A stretch of 64,000 nucleotides of DNA from Macrostomum lignano. Lineage: Eukaryota. The notes beneath the pieces are model-generated. The model was not told the DNA's origin, did not search any database, and saw nothing but the letters and a program-made list of their open reading frames with translations. The number at the start of each line of letters is the position of its first letter. Position 1 is the first letter of the stretch. Location of the stretch: the NCBI GenBank assembly GCA_002269645.1, contig NIVC01000657.1, positions 1 through 64,000 on the forward strand, given 5' to 3'. This document shows, in pieces, positions 60,030-64,000 of the stretch. Made by a program: the position numbers and the translations under genes.

Positions 60030-60867
60030 ATTTTAAATGCAAGATTGCAAGCAAGGCAGAATAGCTATAGAGAATAGCTATATCTATCTATAATAGATAG
60101 ATAGGCCTATAAGTCAATAGTTGCTACTTTGTATAGGCCTAAACTGCAAAATAGCTAAATAAACATTTTGATTAGGGCCTACTACTGCTATATTGGGCGG
60201 CCTTGGACCTAACTTTTTGCACTTTACTAGCTAGTCTATATCTATATGACTGTCTAATTAGGCCTAAACAACTTTTATTCATAGAATAGGGGCATAGAGC
60301 CTAGCCTACACCTAGGCAATGAAATGCCATGGGTATTGATTATGAATGCGAATCTGTAATTGGCATTGCCTTGGGCCTTAGCATAGGCCCTATCTTTCAA
60401 AGTACAAGAAAGCATATTTAAATACATCAAAGAATTAGGTCTTAAGTTCTTTTTGTGAATGGATTTTTTAGTAAATGGTATTTCAAAATCATATAGAAAA
60501 AACTGGATGCTTCGCCTTTAGTTAAAGGTTGAGCTTTGGTTAAAATAAGAAAGTATTTTTTCTATACTAAAGAAAAAGTCTTCTTTTTCGAAACTGCCAG
60601 CTTCCTATTCGATACATAGAGGGTCTTCTAAAACGAAGGAATGCCCTTTTGGCATTACATTATATTAATTTGACAATATGGAAGATTAAATATAACAGGA
60701 TGGAAATAGCAAGTGCAATAGCTGCAGGCCTGCGGCCTATAGCCAGTAGACAAAGACAGACAGACACACACAGTGAGCTGAGCTGCTGAGTGAGGCACTT
60801 CTACTACTCTTGTTCTATTTTCACTCAGAACAGTACAGTAAGCTTCACAAATACACGACGCTCAGAT

Positions 60868-62835
60868 TGTGACGACGTCACTTTCTTTCATGCTTCTTAA
60901 TTCTTAATCTGCGTCGTACATGTACAGCATATTCATCTCTTTTAACATTACACCTAAATTTTACTTTCTTATTTAGCGTTATCGTACTTTTTTGTTATAC
61001 TATACCGTATAATCCATAGAAATATCTTGCAGTTATCACCTGCAGTATATAAAACGTATTCAAAGCTTTTCTTGCTCTCGCTCATGCCTTCCTCCACACC
61101 GTCTCATTACAATACTACTAGTACTACGCTACGCTCGTTGCTATCTATAGTACCAGACATACGAGGTTGTTATCAATTGTGAATTGATTAAAATAAACTC
61201 TCGACATCCGACGCTACATCGATATCGTCCATTACTAATCGATCTAAATTCGTCACATTTTCTGGCGGTCCCACCGATCAATCACTGCAATTCCAAGCCC
61301 CAGATCACTGTGAGAGGAAGCAATAGTAATCCACCGCTGCACTTTTCCTAAGTATGTCAGCTTCAAAAGCGATGATCGACGCACCAATGACGGCCTTCAA
61401 CTATGGCATCAATTCGTGTAGAACCAGGTCTACCCAGCTGTCTTTACGAGCTGATTCTGGTTCTGGGCTATGCAATTCTTTGGAGGAGAGGTGGCGGGCC
61501 GAGAGGGCTGGCGTGCGCTGTGTACCTCTGAGTCATCACTCCACCTCAGTCGATGTCGATCGCTAGGTATTTGCGCGCCCACCCCAATTTCAATCCAATC
61601 GCAGCCTGAATCGCGCTACCTGCTATGCCAGTAGTGTGACGTCGGCTTAAGCTGTTAGTTTTTACCGTCAAGAGCAGATAAGTCGCCATTTTTTATCGTG
61701 CATGCACGTATGGCCGCATTTATATACATGTAACAATAATATACATATTTTATTTCGCGCGTTGAAGTCTGACATAATCGTTTTCTGAATGCTGAATGCT
61801 GTGATTTTCACCGTTTTTATCACTTGCATGGATTCTTGCATAGACTTTTTCCACTGAGAATTTTGTACTATCCTTGGTTATTTTGCAGTTGCCGCGTCAT
61901 CAGCTAATAAGTCTGCGCCCAGTGCACGCATTTCAATATTCAATAACTGTTTACAAATATTTGTGTACTGCAATACGTTAATTTCTATTTTCATCATTTA
62001 TATCTTTGTACGCTCGTATATTTGCTGTTTATATTCGATAGCAGTCTGTTCCTTATTTCGTTTTCACCTTCAGTCTTCTTTTTTTTGAGCTTCTTTTTTT
62101 GAGCGTGTGAAACATCCAATTTGTTGCCGTGCCGCGGCCCTCGAAAGCCGAACGCCAGAGGCGTTTTTCAGCGTTCTTTCTTTTCTATGTGCCTGTTTTT
62201 TTCTGCGCCACTGTGCGCGTGTCTGGGCGGCTTCTGCGTCCCATCGATGGCGCGCCCGTGCGGTCCGCCGGGACCGGCCCAGCTGGTGAGCCGTCTGCCG
62301 TCTGTCGGCTGGCTGCACTCTGCAGCGGATGCATTCTGCATCGGTTTCGCCTTCGCCTTTTAACTCCGTCGCATCGGCGGCGTCTTCCCGTGTGCTTAAT
62401 TATCTTGTTATTTTCATTAACCCATCTGCGCATTACGTACTTATTCCCACTCTACAGAAGGTTGAAATTTTTTGATATTGCATTAGTTTGTTCTTGCTAC
62501 ACTTCCAATATTGCTGCATTCTTCACTTTAATTCGACAATGTTCAACAAAATTCGCTTAATAGTTCGTTGTTTGCCCTTGCCTTAATAGTAGATCGTACA
62601 ATCTTCGATTTGACGTTTTGCTCTGAAACTTTCCTATTTATGAGACATATACTCAACAATATGCTTTTTAAAGAAAACTATATTTTCGCTCTAAGACGTT
62701 CAGTATTCTTTCGATAATTAGTATGCGCACACCTTTCTATTTGTAAGTAGTGTAGCTAACCTCTGGAAGAGAGGCGAGTGTGACAATGTCACTTTCTTTC
62801 ATGCTTCTTAATTCTTATTTTGCGTCGTACATGTA
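60868..62835 (+). mobile_element. Non-autonomous LTR retroelement: complete 390-bp 5' LTR, PBS, 1.5-kb interior, PPT, truncated 3' LTR
   Basis: 5' LTR TGTGACG...CGTCACA (60868-61257) with TATATAAAA near 61046 and AATAAA near 61192; PBS-like TGGCGGTCCCACCGA at 61263; purine tract GGAAGAGAGGCGAG directly before 62779, where the first 57 bp of the LTR recur with 4 differences. Confidence 0.75.
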
Positions 62836-63000
62836 TGTCAAGGCTTATGGGGGGAATTGCTGAGATGTCAAGGCTTATGGGGGGAATTGCTGAGATGTCA
62901 AGGCTTATGGGGGGAATTGCTGAGATGTCAAGGCTTATGCGGGGGAATTGCTGAGATGTCAAGGCTTATGTGGAATTGCTGAGATTTCAAGGCTTATGGG
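62836..63000. repeat. 30-bp minisatellite (GTCAAGGCTTATGGGGGGAATTGCTGAGAT), related to family B in reverse orientation
   Basis: The reverse complement shares ATCTCAGCAATTCCCC with 23515-24560. Confidence 0.9.
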
Positions 63001-63003
63001 GGA

Positions 63004-63677
63004 CAAGCTGTTGAAACCCGCGGATTTTGAACCCGGGGAATTCCAATACCCGGAACTACTTTTGCATGTATTCTGAAATCTAAGGCCATACACAAACAAA
63101 AACTTGTTAATAGTTAGTAGGATAGAGGTAGACATAAAATGGAGCACATTCGTTTAAAATTAGGGTTTGAGACATTGTTGGCTGGGGTACTGCGCAGAAT
63201 GTCAGGCAATGTCTGTCTGACTCTAAAACATATATTGCTAAACTCTGGTCTCTCCCTGTCTCTCCCTACATCCCTTGGATCCTTTAAAATTTCTATCGTC
63301 TCTTTGTTTCCTCTCATCTCTCTCGTCCCTCGTCTCTCCTCTCTCGTCTCTCCTCTCTCCCCTCTTCTTTCGTATCTTCCCTCATCTCTCTTCTCTTTCA
63401 TTTCTCTTATCTCATATCTTGTCTCTTCTTTTCTCTCTCCTCTCTACTTTTTCGTTTTCTCTCTTCTCTCTCCCCCTCTCCTCTCTCCTCTCACCCCCTC
63501 TTCTCTCTTATCTTCCTTCTCCTTTCTATTTCTTTTCTCTCTTCTCTTAACTCTCTCATCTCTCCCCTGTTCTCTCGTCTCTTCCCGCACCTCTTTTCTC
63601 TCTCGTCTTTGCTCTCTCATCTTTCCTTTCTCTTCTTTTTATCTTTTCTCTCTTATCTCTTCTCATTTCTCTCTGCT

Positions 63678-63752
<75 letters not shown>

Positions 63753-63766
63753 GTCTTTCTCTCTTA

Positions 63767-63862
<96 letters not shown>

Positions 63863-64000
63863 TATCTCTCCTCCTCTCTCTACTCTCTCCCCTCTCCATT
63901 CTCCTCTTTCCTCTCCTCTCTTCTCACTCACTTCTCTACCTTTGTCTCTCCTCTCGTCTCTGTAACCTCTCCTCTGTTCTCTCTACTCTCCCATCTTTTA
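63004..64000 (-). mobile_element. Second copy of the same Helitron family (3' end; continues past window)
   Basis: ACAAGCTGTTGAAACCCGCGGATTTTGAACCCGGGGAATT is identical to 56031-56070, followed by a similar roughly 270-bp segment and a CT-rich tract. Confidence 0.65.

Noticed and set aside
61190-61550. Minus-strand text LVMDDIDVASDVESLF resembling a Polinton packaging-ATPase Walker B
   Set aside because: Interrupted by several stops, no Walker A, spacing inconsistent, and it overlaps the LTR/PBS of the plus-strand element, which explains the region better.

Overview
Eukaryotic (metazoan) genomic DNA with GT-AG spliced genes and no prokaryotic features or CRISPR. The GC-rich exons and repeat-saturated introns suggest a free-living flatworm such as Macrostomum; this is an inference and was not verified. 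Five protein-coding genes were reconstructed by hand from splice sites and recalled family motifs: FBXW5-like (minus strand, probably runs off the left end, two apparent 1-nt frameshifts), KDM6A/UTX (minus, 11 exons, about 1087 aa, catalytic H-x-E...H intact), a Snail-family C2H2 factor with no visible SNAG domain (plus), WDR86 (minus, start codon apparently split by an intron) and ORC4 (minus, 4 exons, 438 aa). Most long ORFs in the supplied track are artefacts of tandem repeats. The strongest large-scale pattern is that 19 of 22 reconstructed introns hold their own minisatellite array; the three exceptions are first introns. Mobile elements include two tRNA-derived SINE families, a LINE 3' relic sharing a tail repeat with the adjacent SINE, an hAT-type MITE with 8-bp TSD, two copies of a non-autonomous Helitron, and a non-autonomous LTR element with a tRNA-Gln-like primer site. 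I found no clearly new biological system; the items below are leads of modest to moderate interest.
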